A stretch of DNA of 64,000 nt. Origin: Phormidesmis sp. (GTDB lineage: Bacteria; Cyanobacteriota; Cyanobacteriia; Leptolyngbyales; Leptolyngbyaceae). The translations under genes and the position numbers were made by a program. The stretch covers positions 1,120,001 through 1,184,000 of the forward strand of contig CBDFJR010000002.1 in the NCBI GenBank assembly GCA_965248535.1, in the 5' to 3' direction. Under the pieces are notes generated by a model. That model did not search any database, was not told the origin of the DNA, and saw nothing but the letters and a program-made list of their open reading frames with translations. Positions 38,149-49,599 of the stretch are shown here, one piece after another. Position 1 is the stretch's first letter. Each line of letters begins with the position of its first letter.

Positions 38149-39966
38149 ATGCCTGCCGAAGAATCTTCTAATCAGCCCGAAAAAATCTATTTGCCGCGCA
38201 CCAGCGAATCCGATGCGTTGAAAAAAATTCGCCATACGGCTTCTCACGTCATGGCAATGGCGGTGCAGAAATTGTTTCCCAAGGCGCAAGTGACGATCGG
38301 GCCGTGGATCGAGAATGGCTTCTACTACGACTTTGACAGCCCCGAACCGTTTACCGAAAAAGACTTGAAGGCAATCAAAAAGGAGATGATCAAGATCATC
38401 AACCGCAAATTGCCCGTGACTCGCGAAGAAGTGACTCGCGAAGACGCTGAACGCCGCATCAAAGAGGCAAACGAACCCTACAAGCTAGAGATTTTAGAAG
38501 GCTTGCAGGAGCCGATCACGCTCTATCACCTTGGCGATCAGTGGTGGGATCTCTGCGCCGGCCCGCATTTAGAAAACACTGCCGAATTGAAAGCCGACGC
38601 GATCGACCTAGAAAGCGTCGCCGGAGCCTATTGGCGCGGAGACGAAACCAAAGCCCAGCTTCAGCGCATCTATGGCACGGCTTGGGAGACTCCTGAGCAG
38701 TTGACTGAATATAAGCGTCGCAAAGAAGAGGCTCTCAAGCGCGATCACCGCAAACTGGGTAAAGAACTCGGACTGTTTATCTTCTCAGATCTCGTCGGCC
38801 CCGGTTTGCCGATGTGGACTCCCAAAGGCACCGTGCTGCGATCGACTCTCGAAGATTTTCTCAAGCAAGAGCAAACTAAGCGCGGCTATCTGCCTGTGGT
38901 CACGCCTCACATTGCCAGAGTTGATCTGTTTAAGATGTCTGGACACTGGCAAAAATATCAAGAAGATATGTTTCCGCTGATGGCGGAAGATGATGAATCT
39001 CGCGCCGCAGAACAAGGCTTTGTGATGAAGCCGATGAACTGTCCGTTTCACATTCAGATCTATAAGAGTGAGTTGCGATCGTATCGAGAACTGCCGATGC
39101 GACTGGCAGAGTTTGGCACCGTCTATCGCTATGAGCAATCGGGCGAGTTGGGCGGCTTGACCAGAGTGCGCGGCTTTACGGTCGATGACTCGCACCTGTT
39201 TGTCACCCCCGAACAGTTGGATGCAGAATTTCTCAACGTGGTGGATTTGATTTTGTCGGTGTTTAAGAGTCTGCAACTCAAGAACTTTAAGGCGCGGTTG
39301 AGTTTCCGCGATCCGGCTTCTGACAAATATATTGGCTCTGATGAAGCGTGGGAAAAGGCCGAAGGGGCGATTCGCCGTGCGGTTGAGACGCTGGGAATGA
39401 ACTACTTTGAGGGCATCGGAGAGGCAGCGTTTTATGGCCCTAAATTAGACTTTATTTTTAGCGATGCCCTCGATCGTGAGTGGCAGCTTGGCACGGTTCA
39501 AGTCGATTACAACTTACCTGAGCGGTTCGATCTGGAATATGTCGCAGAAGACGGCACCCGCAAACGTCCCGTGATGATTCACCGTGCGCCGTTTGGGTCG
39601 CTAGAGCGGCTGATCGGCATTCTGATCGAAGAATATGCAGGAGATTTCCCGGTGTGGTTGGCTCCGATTCAAGCTCGGTTGCTGCCTGTGAGCGAGGAGT
39701 TTATGCCCTTTGCCCAACAGGTGGTTGAGCAGATGAAGGCGATCGGCATCCGGGCTGAGGTTGATTTGGGGGGCGATCGCTTGGGCAAAATGATCCGCAA
39801 TGCTGAGAAGGAAAAGATTCCTGTCATGGCGGTGGTTGGGGCCAAAGAGGTCGAAGCCAATGCCTTGAGCATTCGGACTCGCGCATCGGGTGAGTTGGGT
39901 TCGCTGCCCGTCGCCGAAGTGCTAGAGCGGATGAAGGGGGCGATCGTGAACTACACCAACTTTTAA
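38149..39966 (+). CDS. thrS: threonyl-tRNA synthetase
   Basis: IRHTASHVMA, RDHRKLG, KPMNCPFH, FYGPKLD, IHRAPFGSLER. Confidence 0.96.
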   Translation: MPAEESSNQPEKIYLPRTSESDALKKIRHTASHVMAMAVQKLFPKAQVTIGPWIENGFYYDFDSPEPFTEKDLKAIKKEMIKIINRKLPVTREEVTREDAERRIKEANEPYKLEILEGLQEPITLYHLGDQWWDLCAGPHLENTAELKADAIDLESVAGAYWRGDETKAQLQRIYGTAWETPEQLTEYKRRKEEALKRDHRKLGKELGLFIFSDLVGPGLPMWTPKGTVLRSTLEDFLKQEQTKRGYLPVVTPHIARVDLFKMSGHWQKYQEDMFPLMAEDDESRAAEQGFVMKPMNCPFHIQIYKSELRSYRELPMRLAEFGTVYRYEQSGELGGLTRVRGFTVDDSHLFVTPEQLDAEFLNVVDLILSVFKSLQLKNFKARLSFRDPASDKYIGSDEAWEKAEGAIRRAVETLGMNYFEGIGEAAFYGPKLDFIFSDALDREWQLGTVQVDYNLPERFDLEYVAEDGTRKRPVMIHRAPFGSLERLIGILIEEYAGDFPVWLAPIQARLLPVSEEFMPFAQQVVEQMKAIGIRAEVDLGGDRLGKMIRNAEKEKIPVMAVVGAKEVEANALSIRTRASGELGSLPVAEVLERMKGAIVNYTNF

Positions 39967-39993
39967 CAGGATGAATGTCGTTGAGTTGGGACG

Positions 39994-40839
39994 GTGGTAG
40001 ATCCGCAGGATGAGCGGGAGAGCACGCTAGAGGGCACAGCAGGACATGCCCTCTGGCTGTCATCGTCTGATCAAATTTATGTCGAGATTCAGGGCAACAG
40101 GAATAATCCTGTGGTGCTGTTTTTACACGGATTTTTAGGGAGTTGTCGAGAGTTTGACGCGATCGTGCCTCACCTCCTCGATCGATTTTGCTGTTTGAGG
40201 GTTGACTTACCGGGTCACGGTCAGACTCAGGTTTGTGCAGAAACTTACACGATGCCCAACACGGCAGCATTAATCATTCATCTTCTTGACTATCTCAAGA
40301 TTTCTCAATGCCATTTAATCGGCTATTCAATGGGCGGGCGGTTAGCGTTATATTTAGCATTGCAGTTTCCCGATCGTTGTCTCAAAACAGTGTTGGAGTC
40401 TGCATCACCCGGACTGAGAACTGAGGCAGAGCGCCTGGCCCGAAAACAACACGATGCCACGCTTGCCGATCGCTTAGAGCATGATTTTCCAACGTTTCTG
40501 ACCGCGTGGTATGAACAACCGTTGTTTCGATCGCTGCGGCAGCATCCAGATTTTGAGCAGATTTTTCGGCAGCGATGCAACAATCGACCGTCAGATCTGG
40601 CCCGATCGCTGCGTTATTTGGGCACAGGTGAGCAGCCAAACTTGTGGAATCGGCTCAAGAGTCATCAAAATCCGCTCTTGCTGTTGGTAGGAGAGCACGA
40701 TCGTAAGTTCGTCTCAATCAATCAAGAAATGGCTCATCTTTGCAAAGCGGCTCAACTCAAAATCATTCCAACCACGGGACACACTATTCACGCTGAAGCG
40801 CCTCAAACGTTTGCCCTGCAAATTCGTAGATTTTTGTAA
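39994..40839 (+). CDS. menH: SHCHC synthase-like alpha/beta hydrolase
   Basis: LHGFLG, GYSMGGR, LESASPGL, W Y.QPLF. Confidence 0.8.
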   Translation: MVDPQDERESTLEGTAGHALWLSSSDQIYVEIQGNRNNPVVLFLHGFLGSCREFDAIVPHLLDRFCCLRVDLPGHGQTQVCAETYTMPNTAALIIHLLDYLKISQCHLIGYSMGGRLALYLALQFPDRCLKTVLESASPGLRTEAERLARKQHDATLADRLEHDFPTFLTAWYEQPLFRSLRQHPDFEQIFRQRCNNRPSDLARSLRYLGTGEQPNLWNRLKSHQNPLLLLVGEHDRKFVSINQEMAHLCKAAQLKIIPTTGHTIHAEAPQTFALQIRRFL

Positions 40840-41026
40840 ACCGTAGATTTTTGTAAACCCTTTCAGGACTATCCCGATCAGCGATCGGGCTGGGCGAATA
40901 GTGATCCAGCTATATAAGCATGTATTAAATCGAACTAAGTAATTAGGATCGATAAAAACAAGCTCTTTATATAGTACAAATGATCTATTTTAGGAATAAG
41001 CGCTGGTTGCTCGACAGCCGGGAGCT

Positions 41027-42109
41027 TTGACAAAAAAGATTCTGTCCATCCCTAAACCCTCAACGCTGGAAGCCAAAATCATGCCGTTGAAACTCTTTGC
41101 CTGTGCTGCACTGCGCTACCCCATTTTGACCAGAGTTCTTCTGATCACTAGCATCTTATTGGCTGCACTGCCAGCTTGGGCGCGTCCGGCAGTGCTAACC
41201 GCGAGTCTTGCCACCAGCCCGATCAACGTGCGAGTGAGTCCTTCTAGCCAGTCGAGTCTGGTCTATTCTGGCTATGCGGGCGATCGGGTAGATGTGCTTA
41301 AACAGACCCAAGCCGCTGATGGTCACACCTGGGATTATGTGACGTTTGATCACTTTGGAGCAAAGGGTTGGGTGAGAAGTGATTTGGTTAGCCCGATCGC
41401 CAGTGCTCCGTCATCGTCACCCGTGAAAAGTCCGGTCGTCTTAGGGCCACCTGAACCGACTGGGGTAATTTCTAACCCTCCCTCAGTTCAGCGTCCTCAA
41501 CAGGAAGTCACGTCAGAGCAAATCAGCTATTTTCTAGAAATCGCGTTGGGGGCAGAGTTTTCTCAGGCGGGCGGCGTTCCGGTGATCCACAAATGGCAAG
41601 GAGACGTGACCATTCAACCGTTGGGGTCGCCCACGCCTGAAGATTTGACCACGCTGAAGTCTGTGATTAGCGAGGTCAACGACTTGACCAAGGGTGAGAT
41701 TCATTTACAGTTGGTTGACCATAACCCGACTATCACAATCCATTTTTCACCTGAATCGCAGTTTAGCCAGATCGAGCCAAACTATCGATCGGGCAACTAT
41801 GGCTATTTTTGGACTCAGTGGGACGAACATAACCAGATTCGCAGCGCCAACATTTTGATCACCACCACAAAAGTCACTCAAAAAGAGCGATCGCACCTGA
41901 TTCGAGAAGAACTCACCCAATCTCTAGGGCTGATGAAAGACTCGTTTAAGTATGCTGACAGCGTGTTTTATCAACCGTGGACTAGTGTGACGCAATATTC
42001 AGCGATCGACCGATCTCTGATCAAACTCCTCTATGATCCCCAAATTTCGCCGGGCATGACTCAAGCGCAGGTCAAAAATGTGCTGACCATCCGTCAGGCT
42101 CACTATTAG
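41027..42109 (+). CDS. exported protein with SH3 and DUF2927-like domains
   Basis: signal peptide, INVR...GWVRSDLV, IREELTQSLGL..D. Confidence 0.7.
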   Translation: MTKKILSIPKPSTLEAKIMPLKLFACAALRYPILTRVLLITSILLAALPAWARPAVLTASLATSPINVRVSPSSQSSLVYSGYAGDRVDVLKQTQAADGHTWDYVTFDHFGAKGWVRSDLVSPIASAPSSSPVKSPVVLGPPEPTGVISNPPSVQRPQQEVTSEQISYFLEIALGAEFSQAGGVPVIHKWQGDVTIQPLGSPTPEDLTTLKSVISEVNDLTKGEIHLQLVDHNPTITIHFSPESQFSQIEPNYRSGNYGYFWTQWDEHNQIRSANILITTTKVTQKERSHLIREELTQSLGLMKDSFKYADSVFYQPWTSVTQYSAIDRSLIKLLYDPQISPGMTQAQVKNVLTIRQAHY

Positions 42110-42291
42110 TCCGCCAAACTAACTCCGAGGAGTCATATCGAACTCCTTACCAAGATTTCGCTTGCAGGGGGTTTGGGGAAGGCAACCGTCCCCCAATGGG
42201 GTTTTGGGGGCACGTCCCCAAGGGTCGGCAGCCCAAGACCATCGCTTCATCGCCAAAGATCTGGACTAGTCAAAGTTAAGTTGGTGAACTA
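42107..42291. mobile_element. candidate MITE-like element
   Basis: imperfect terminal inverted repeats TAGTCCGCCAAACTAACT/AGTTAAGTTGGTGAACTA (14 of 18 match); internal GGGG..CCCC hairpins. Confidence 0.4.
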
Positions 42292-42358
42292 CCAGCCATC
42301 AACGCTAAATGCCGAAAAGAAATCAGGGGGAGCCAGAACTCCCCGGTTGCTTTCGAGC

Positions 42359-43390
42359 TTAATCTTCAGCAAAGATATATTTATACAAATCGGCTGGGTC
42401 GGGTTCGGGGCTGCCTAGGGCAAACTCAACCGCCTCATCAATCTCAGCCTGAATTTCTTTCTCGATATCCTTGAGGGTTTGTTGGTCTGCCAGATTTTGC
42501 TCTAGCAGATAAGCCGCAAACTTTTTGATCGGGTCACGAGCCAGCCAGGCCTCTTTTTCGTCTTTCGATCGTAGCTCGTCGGGGTCTGCCAGCGAGTGAC
42601 CTCTAAAGCGATAGGTCAGACACTCAATCAGCGTTGGGCCGTCTCCTGCACGGGCACGAGCTACGGCTTCTTGGGCGATCGCTCTCACAGCCAGCACATC
42701 CATGCCATCCACTTCATAGCCTGGCATCCCAAACACGCTGGCTTTTTTATAGATTTCTTGCTGAGAGGTGGCGCGCTCGTGGGCCATGCCGATCGCCCAT
42801 TTGTTATTTTCAACCACAAACAAAATCGGCAGCTTCCACAGGGCCGCCATGTTGAGACACTCAAAAAACTGGCCGTTGTTGGTGGTGCCGTCGCCAAAGA
42901 ACGCCGCCGTGACCTGATCAAAGCTTGCATCGCCCAAGGCTTCGCGACGATATTTTGACTGAAACGCGGCACCCAACGCGACCGGAATGCCTTCTCCAAT
43001 AAAGGCAAAACCACCCAATAGCTTGTGCTCTGCTGAAAATAAGTGCATTGAGCCACCGCGCCCCTGGCTGCAACCTGTGGCTTTGCCAAATAACTCTGCC
43101 ATCACGTTGCGGGCCGGAACGCCAGCGCTAAGAGCATGAACGTGATCGCGGTAAGTGCTGCAAACATAGTCTTGACCGGGACGCATCGCCTGAATCACCC
43201 CGGTGGAAACGGCTTCTTGCCCGTTGTAGAGGTGAACAAAGCCAAACATTTTGCCTCGATAATACATCTCGGCGCACTTGTCTTCAAAAAAGCGACCTAA
43301 GATCATGTCCCTATAAAGGATCAGCCCTTCTGGTTGGGTGATTTGGGCAGACATTGATTGAATTGTTGGAAACGTTCTTTCCTGTACCAT
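42359..43390 (-). CDS. pdhA: pyruvate dehydrogenase E1 alpha subunit
   Basis: [36 protein letters not shown]. Confidence 0.96.
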   Translation of the reverse strand: MVQERTFPTIQSMSAQITQPEGLILYRDMILGRFFEDKCAEMYYRGKMFGFVHLYNGQEAVSTGVIQAMRPGQDYVCSTYRDHVHALSAGVPARNVMAELFGKATGCSQGRGGSMHLFSAEHKLLGGFAFIGEGIPVALGAAFQSKYRREALGDASFDQVTAAFFGDGTTNNGQFFECLNMAALWKLPILFVVENNKWAIGMAHERATSQQEIYKKASVFGMPGYEVDGMDVLAVRAIAQEAVARARAGDGPTLIECLTYRFRGHSLADPDELRSKDEKEAWLARDPIKKFAAYLLEQNLADQQTLKDIEKEIQAEIDEAVEFALGSPEPDPADLYKYIFAED

Positions 43391-43835
43391 GCGCTTTTAG
43401 ATCCTTCGCTGCAATACCCAAACTGGACAATGACCCGAACCCTGATGGTTGCGATCGCCAAGCAAATGCTTTTAAAATCGGTCTGATAAACCCTCTTTGC
43501 CAGCGCTCTCTGTCAAACGCTAAAAATCACTTCACGATCGAGGGCACTACAGAGTTCAACAACAATAATTTAGTCTAAAATACCGTTCTGATGGGTTAAA
43601 GATCAAATTATAAAGGGTCGAACCTGCTAACAGAGACTTGCAAAACTCAAGAATCTATTTTTTCATGAAGTGATGAGGCTTTCATGACTGTTGAGAAATA
43701 GCTGCGGAAAACACTGAACGCTGAGTTTTTCTTGAGGGGACTGCCGACTTTGCATCTACAGGGTATGATGGCACTCAACCGATTAGTGTCCGGGTTCTCG
43801 TCATTTATTATTGCTCACTGCTGGGGAAGTCAACC

Positions 43836-46035
43836 GTGCGTATTCCGCTCGATTATTATCGGATTCTGGGTTTACCCATCCAGGCGACTGCCGACCAACT
43901 AAAGCAGGCGCATCGCGATCGCACCCTGCAACTCCCTCGCCGTGAATATTCTGAAGCAGCGATCGCGGCGCGTCGTCAGTTGCTTGATGAAGCCTACGGA
44001 GTGCTGTCAAAAATAGATCATCGCCAAAGCTATGATGCCAGCTTTTTGGCCAGCCCCTACGAGTCCGATCGCAGCCAGATAGACTTGGTGCAGCCTGATG
44101 CAGATCGTGCCCCCAGACCCCCGATCGCCCAGCATTGAGATCCATGACAAACAACTGATCGGGGCGCTGCTGATTTTGCAGGAGCTAGGCGAATATGAAC
44201 TAGTTTTGAGATTAGGTCGCCCCTATCTCAGCAGTGGCAACGCCAACTTAAAAGACGGTCGCTTTGGTGATCCCAGAATTGTGCTGTCTGATATTGTCTT
44301 GACAGTGGCATTATCCTGTCTTGAGCTAGGTCGCGAGCAGTGGCAGCAGGGGCAATATGAAAACGCAGCCGAAGCGTTAGAAACCGGGCAAGAGCTTTTG
44401 CTGAGAGAAGGGCTATTTACCAGCGTTCGAGGTGAGATTCAGTCCGATCTCTATAAGCTGCGCCCCTACCGAATTTTAGAACTCCTCGCCTTGCCTGATG
44501 ACACCTCGATCGAGCGGCGCAACGGGATGAAACTGCTGCGCGATATGCTGCGAGAGCGCGGCGGCATTGATGGCTCAGGCAATGATCAGTCTGGGTTAAG
44601 CATTGATGACTTTTTGCGGTTCATTCAGCAGTTGCGCGGCTATCTCACCGCCGAAGAGCAGCAGACCTTATTTGAAGAAGAGGCGCGTCGCCCGTCAGCA
44701 GTGGCCACCTATTTGGCGGTTTATGCCCTGATGGCACGAGGCTTTGCAGAGCAGCAGCCCGCGCTGATTCGCCGGGCAAAACTGATGCTGATGCGCTTGG
44801 GCAGTCGGCAAGATGTGCATCTAGAACAGGCTGTCTGTGCACTGCTTTTAGGGCAAACCGAAGAAGCCAGCCGGGCCCTAGACCTCAGTCAAGAATATGA
44901 ACCGCTCGTGTTTATTCGCGAAAATTCTCAAGGGGCACCCGATTTATTGCCAGGGCTATGTCTATATGCCGAGCGCTGGCTGCAAGATGAAGTGTTTCCG
45001 CACTTCCGGGACTTGTCAAAACAGCGCGTCTCGCTCAAAGACTACTTTGCTAACGAGCAGGTGCAAGAATATCTCGAAGAGTTGCCCGCCGAGTCTGAGT
45101 CAGCAGAGTGGACGGCTCAACAGCACTGGAACCGACGCAAAGCCGTTTCTCAAACGATCGCGCCTCAGCCTTCTAACCTCACCCCTTCTAATGGGCGAAC
45201 CATCCGATCGGCTCAGGTTCACGAAATGGATGCCGATCGCTCGTCTCGCGCTGCCACGGCCACGCTGACCGGAGCCGCCGCCAGCGTCGCAACCCTGCCT
45301 GATGCTCAGGAAATAGCCAATCTCTCGCCCGAAGGAGGCTTAGACGCTTCGGGTCAACGCGGGCGATCGGGCGGCGATCGCCCGCGCAGAAATCTCGACA
45401 ATGGGCATCGCGTCCCAGACGCAGACGATTTGCCGCCTCGTCGCAGTGAAGGGCAGCCTGCAAAAGTCAAGCGCCGCCGGGGCTTGCCGCTACCGCTGAT
45501 GCTGTTGGGAATTTTTGCGGTAGGGGCAGTGGGCTTTTTGCTGTTTCGATCGCTGAAGTTTCTGGCGGCTAAATCCACTGACGATCAGCTATTGGTGCAG
45601 CTTGACCAGCCTGTGATCCCGATTCCTGTGCAAACTGCCGCGTCTCCGCTCTCTGGCGAGATGAACCAGGCAATGGCCCAACGAGTTTTAGAGCTTTGGC
45701 TAGATGCCAAGAAAGACGCAATGGGGCAATCTCACACGGTTGAAAAACTGACTCAAGTTTTAGCAGAACCCAAACTGGCTGAGTGGCGCAAAAACGCTGA
45801 AGACGCAAAGCGAGAAAACTGGCACAAACAATATGAGCACACCGTCAAAGTAGAGGCGGTTGAGGCTAGCCCGGCCAACCCCGGCCGAGCAACGGCGACT
45901 GCTACGATCGCTGAAGTGACCAAATATTACGAAGGCGAACAACTCGCCGACACCAAAACCGACAATCTGCAAGTCCGCTATTCACTGGTGCTGCTAGACA
46001 ATCAGTGGCGCATTAAAGACTGGCAAGTCTTATAG
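43836..46035 (+). CDS. ftn2: cell division protein Ftn2/ZipN (ARC6 homolog), one frameshift near 44120
   Basis: MRIPLDYYRILG J-like domain in one frame, continues in the 44098 frame to a C-terminal IMS domain (WRIKD). Confidence 0.88.
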
Positions 46036-46168
46036 TGTTGAGTCCGTAACGTCAACGTTAATCAATTCATCACGATTTCTTGCAGTGGATTGAGCAAAGA
46101 AAATCTAAAATCAGAAAGTAACGATTCTAGGGGCATCTCTGGGGAGATCTTCCCCTGGGTGATTTGGC

Positions 46169-47155
46169 ATGATCGAAACTCTGCTCCACGCCTACACGCC
46201 TCTGATTCTTTGGACGGGCCTAGGGATTCTATCTTTTCGATTTGTGCCGCAAACGCTCCCTCGCCTGATGGGTCGCACTCTATATTGGGTTGGCGTTCCC
46301 TGGCAGCTTTTTGCGCTGGCGCGGCAAACTGACTTTTCTCACCAAGTGGGGCTGGCTCCGGCTGTGACCCTAGGAACGCTGGGAACTGGACTGCTCCTAG
46401 CCTGGTCGGTGCTGCAACTGCTCGGTTTTTGGCTCAAGCAAGACGGCTTTCAAGAGCATGAAGAGCAGGGAAAACGGTTGCGATCGTGGCTTCCTCCCCT
46501 CGATCGCCCCCATCAAGGCACCTTTGCGATCGCGAGTATGCTCGGCAACACAGGCTTTGTAGGGTTGGGGATCATTCCCTCACTGCTCACCACAGGCGAC
46601 ATGAGTTGGGCGATTTTCTTTAGCGTGACCCAAAACCTCGTCGGCACCTACGGCATTGGGGTGTTAATCGCCAGTTATTATGGGCGGCTAGAACAACCCA
46701 ACCACTGGTGGCTACTCGGTCGTGATGTGCTCCTAGTGCCATCGCTTTGGGCGTTTACGATCGGCTACTTTACCCAGTCCATTCCCTTTCCTGACGTGGC
46801 AGAAGTCGTGATCGACTCCTCGCTGTTATTTGTGATTCCCGCCGCCTTTTTGCTGATGGGAATGCGCCTGAGCCAGCTTCAGGGCTGGAAAAGTTTGAGA
46901 GTCGCCCTGATTCCAGTGACCCTCAAAATTATGGTGCTGCCAAGTCTGGTCGCCTTGGGAACCACCTTTTTAGGACTCTCTGGTGATCCTCGCTTGTCTC
47001 TTGTCTTAATGGCAGGAATGCCCAGCGCCTTTGCCAGTCTGATTTTGGCCGAAGAATATAACCTCGATCGCGACCTAGCTTCTAGCAGCATTGCCTTAAG
47101 CACAATCGGACTGTTGCTCGTGATCCCGCTCTGGCTATTCCTTTTGGGGGGTTAA
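46169..47155 (+). CDS. AEC family transporter
   Basis: GNTGFVG, AGMPSAF...LAEEYNLD. Confidence 0.85.
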   Translation: MIETLLHAYTPLILWTGLGILSFRFVPQTLPRLMGRTLYWVGVPWQLFALARQTDFSHQVGLAPAVTLGTLGTGLLLAWSVLQLLGFWLKQDGFQEHEEQGKRLRSWLPPLDRPHQGTFAIASMLGNTGFVGLGIIPSLLTTGDMSWAIFFSVTQNLVGTYGIGVLIASYYGRLEQPNHWWLLGRDVLLVPSLWAFTIGYFTQSIPFPDVAEVVIDSSLLFVIPAAFLLMGMRLSQLQGWKSLRVALIPVTLKIMVLPSLVALGTTFLGLSGDPRLSLVLMAGMPSAFASLILAEEYNLDRDLASSSIALSTIGLLLVIPLWLFLLGG

Positions 47156-47175
47156 CACGCTTAAAGACAAAAAAA

Positions 47176-48039
47176 ATGTATCAATCCATACTAGGGATGA
47201 GATTAGTGCTAGGATTTACTGGAAAAGAATTTGCCTCCAGCACTCCTATGCCAATCGCGTTAACGGCAGAAGCTAAAAGCGCTCAATCCAGCATGAAGCT
47301 AGGTCGAGTGCTCATTGTTGAAGATGAAGATTTGATTCGAGACACGATCGCGCTGACCCTAAGCGAAGAAGGCTATGAAGTGCTGACCGCAGCCGACGGG
47401 CGCAGCGCTCTAGAAGCCATCCAAAATGCAACGGGCAAAAGCCACCTCTCGTCTTTCTCAAGATTCCCCAATCCGCCAGATTCTATCAAGCTCGATCTGA
47501 TCATTTTAGATCTGATGCTTCCCTACATCAACGGACTCGACCTCTGCCGCCTAGTGCGTCGAGAAGGCAACAGCATTCCCATTCTGATGCTGAGTGCTAA
47601 GGGAACCGAAACCGATCGCGTGGTCGGGCTAGAAGTCGGTGCCGATGACTACTTGACCAAACCCTTTGGAATGCGAGAACTCGTCGCCCGATGCCGGGCC
47701 CTGCTGCGACGGCATCAGCAGTTTCAAACCTCTGGGCAGGCTCCTACCCTCAAGTTTCAAGACATTACCGTCTTTTCTCAAGAGTGTCGCGTCACCGTGC
47801 GTGGAGAGGAAGTTAATTTCTCACCTAAAGAATTTAAACTGCTAGAGCTATTTATGGGCCACACCAAGCGAGTTTGGTCACGCGATCAGCTACTCGAAAA
47901 GATTTGGGGGCCTGATTTTATTGGCGACAGCAAAACCGTCGATGTCCATATCCGATGGCTGCGGGAGAAGTTAGAAATTGACCCCAGCAACCCTGAATAT
48001 TTGGTCACCGTGAGAGGATTTGGCTACCGCTTTGGCTGA
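47176..48039 (+). CDS. sphR: OmpR/PhoB-family response regulator (SphR-like); start probably further downstream
   Basis: receiver LDLMLP, GADDYLTKPF, KTVDVHIRWLREK. Confidence 0.75.
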   Translation: MYQSILGMRLVLGFTGKEFASSTPMPIALTAEAKSAQSSMKLGRVLIVEDEDLIRDTIALTLSEEGYEVLTAADGRSALEAIQNATGKSHLSSFSRFPNPPDSIKLDLIILDLMLPYINGLDLCRLVRREGNSIPILMLSAKGTETDRVVGLEVGADDYLTKPFGMRELVARCRALLRRHQQFQTSGQAPTLKFQDITVFSQECRVTVRGEEVNFSPKEFKLLELFMGHTKRVWSRDQLLEKIWGPDFIGDSKTVDVHIRWLREKLEIDPSNPEYLVTVRGFGYRFG

Positions 48040-48072
48040 AATGCGCGAAAATTGAAAGGTTGAAATTAGAGA

Positions 48073-49473
48073 TTGCAGATCGTCACACATTTCCAGTCTT
48101 TGACTTCTATTTTTCATTCTTTTTTGCCTGTGAAACTTCTATGGTTTCTAGCGGGGCTTGCTCTGGGGCTGTTGCCACTGATTTGGTATCGAAATCGTTT
48201 GAGTAGGCAACTCAAGCAGATCACTCAACGTCTGGACTTGCCCGATCGGGGAAATCCCTTTTCTATCTCGTCTCAGTTGACGCTGGCGATCGCCAATTAT
48301 CGGCAAGTCAATCAAGACTTAGAGCGGCAGTCAGAAACCTGGCAGCAAATCGTCAACTGCTCGCCCGTGGGCTATTTGCAGGTAGATGAAGACAATCAAT
48401 TGACGTTGTGCAACCCCCAAGCCTGTCAACTCTTGAGCATTCCTAACTGCACCTCCCTTCAGCCACGACTGCTGTTAGAGTGGGTGCGCTCTTATGAGCT
48501 AGACCTTTTGATTGAGCGAGCCAGAGAAGCCGAAAAGCCCTGTCAACGAGAGTGGATGTTTTATCCCACCTCGGTCGATGCGGCTAATTTGAGCGATCAG
48601 CGCACCACGCCGCTGCGGGGATATGCCTTTCCATTGACCGATGACAATGTGGGGGTGTTTTTAGAAAACCGCCAAGAAGCTCTGACCTTGGTGCAACAGC
48701 GCGATCGCTGGGCCTCAGATGTGGCTCACGAGTTAAAAACCCCCCTCACCTCGATTCGGCTGGTGGCCGAAACGCTGCAATCGCGGCTAGAGCCACCCAC
48801 CCGCAATTGGGTCGATCGCCTGCTCACAGAAGCGATTCGATTGAGCACGCTGGTGCAAGAACTGCTCGATCTCAGTCAGCTAGAGGTCAACCCAGTTCAG
48901 CGACTGCATGTGAAGTCGATTGATCTGATCAAACTGATTCACATTGCCTGGTCAGGTTTAGAGCCGCTCGCCAGTGAAAAAAGCTTAACCCTAGACTATG
49001 AAGGGCCTAGCCACTTGCTCATTCAAGCCGACGAGCCTCGACTACACCGAGTCTTGCTCAACTTATTTGATAACGGGATTAAATACAGTCCTCTCAAAGC
49101 CGGGATCAGAGTCCGGGTGAGCCTGCACCATGATTCATCGCCTCTCTCCGGCAGACCTGCTCAGAGCATCCAGATTGATATTGTGGATGCAGGGCAGGGG
49201 TTTCCAGAAATGGCGCTGCCTCATGTTTTTGAGCGGTTTTATCGGGCTGACCCGTCACGATCGCGGCACCCTGATCCCCAACGAGATTTGGCAAGCGCCA
49301 CTCAACCGATTCAGTTAAGCAGTGGCAGTGGGTTAGGGCTGGCGATCGTCCGGCAAATTATCGAAGCTCATCAAGGCTCCGTTAGCGCAAGTAACGATCC
49401 CAACACAGGAGGAGCCTGGTTACAGATTCGGTTGCCGTGCTCTGAGGTTGAAGATTTGAGCAAAAAGGCCTAG
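48073..49473 (+). CDS. sphS: PhoR/SphS-like sensor histidine kinase
   Basis: VAHELKTPLTSI, NLFDNGIKYS, FERFYRAD, GSGLGLAIV. Confidence 0.75.
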   Translation: MQIVTHFQSLTSIFHSFLPVKLLWFLAGLALGLLPLIWYRNRLSRQLKQITQRLDLPDRGNPFSISSQLTLAIANYRQVNQDLERQSETWQQIVNCSPVGYLQVDEDNQLTLCNPQACQLLSIPNCTSLQPRLLLEWVRSYELDLLIERAREAEKPCQREWMFYPTSVDAANLSDQRTTPLRGYAFPLTDDNVGVFLENRQEALTLVQQRDRWASDVAHELKTPLTSIRLVAETLQSRLEPPTRNWVDRLLTEAIRLSTLVQELLDLSQLEVNPVQRLHVKSIDLIKLIHIAWSGLEPLASEKSLTLDYEGPSHLLIQADEPRLHRVLLNLFDNGIKYSPLKAGIRVRVSLHHDSSPLSGRPAQSIQIDIVDAGQGFPEMALPHVFERFYRADPSRSRHPDPQRDLASATQPIQLSSGSGLGLAIVRQIIEAHQGSVSASNDPNTGGAWLQIRLPCSEVEDLSKKA

Positions 49474-49599
49474 TTTTGTAGTAGCTTGTGCTGAGAGCAG
49501 TTTTGTGTAATAAATGTACACATTAGTATTTATACAGAGGTTTATTCAGCAAAAAACGCCGAGTTCCGCAAATTTAAGGATGTATTGGGCGCATAGGCC

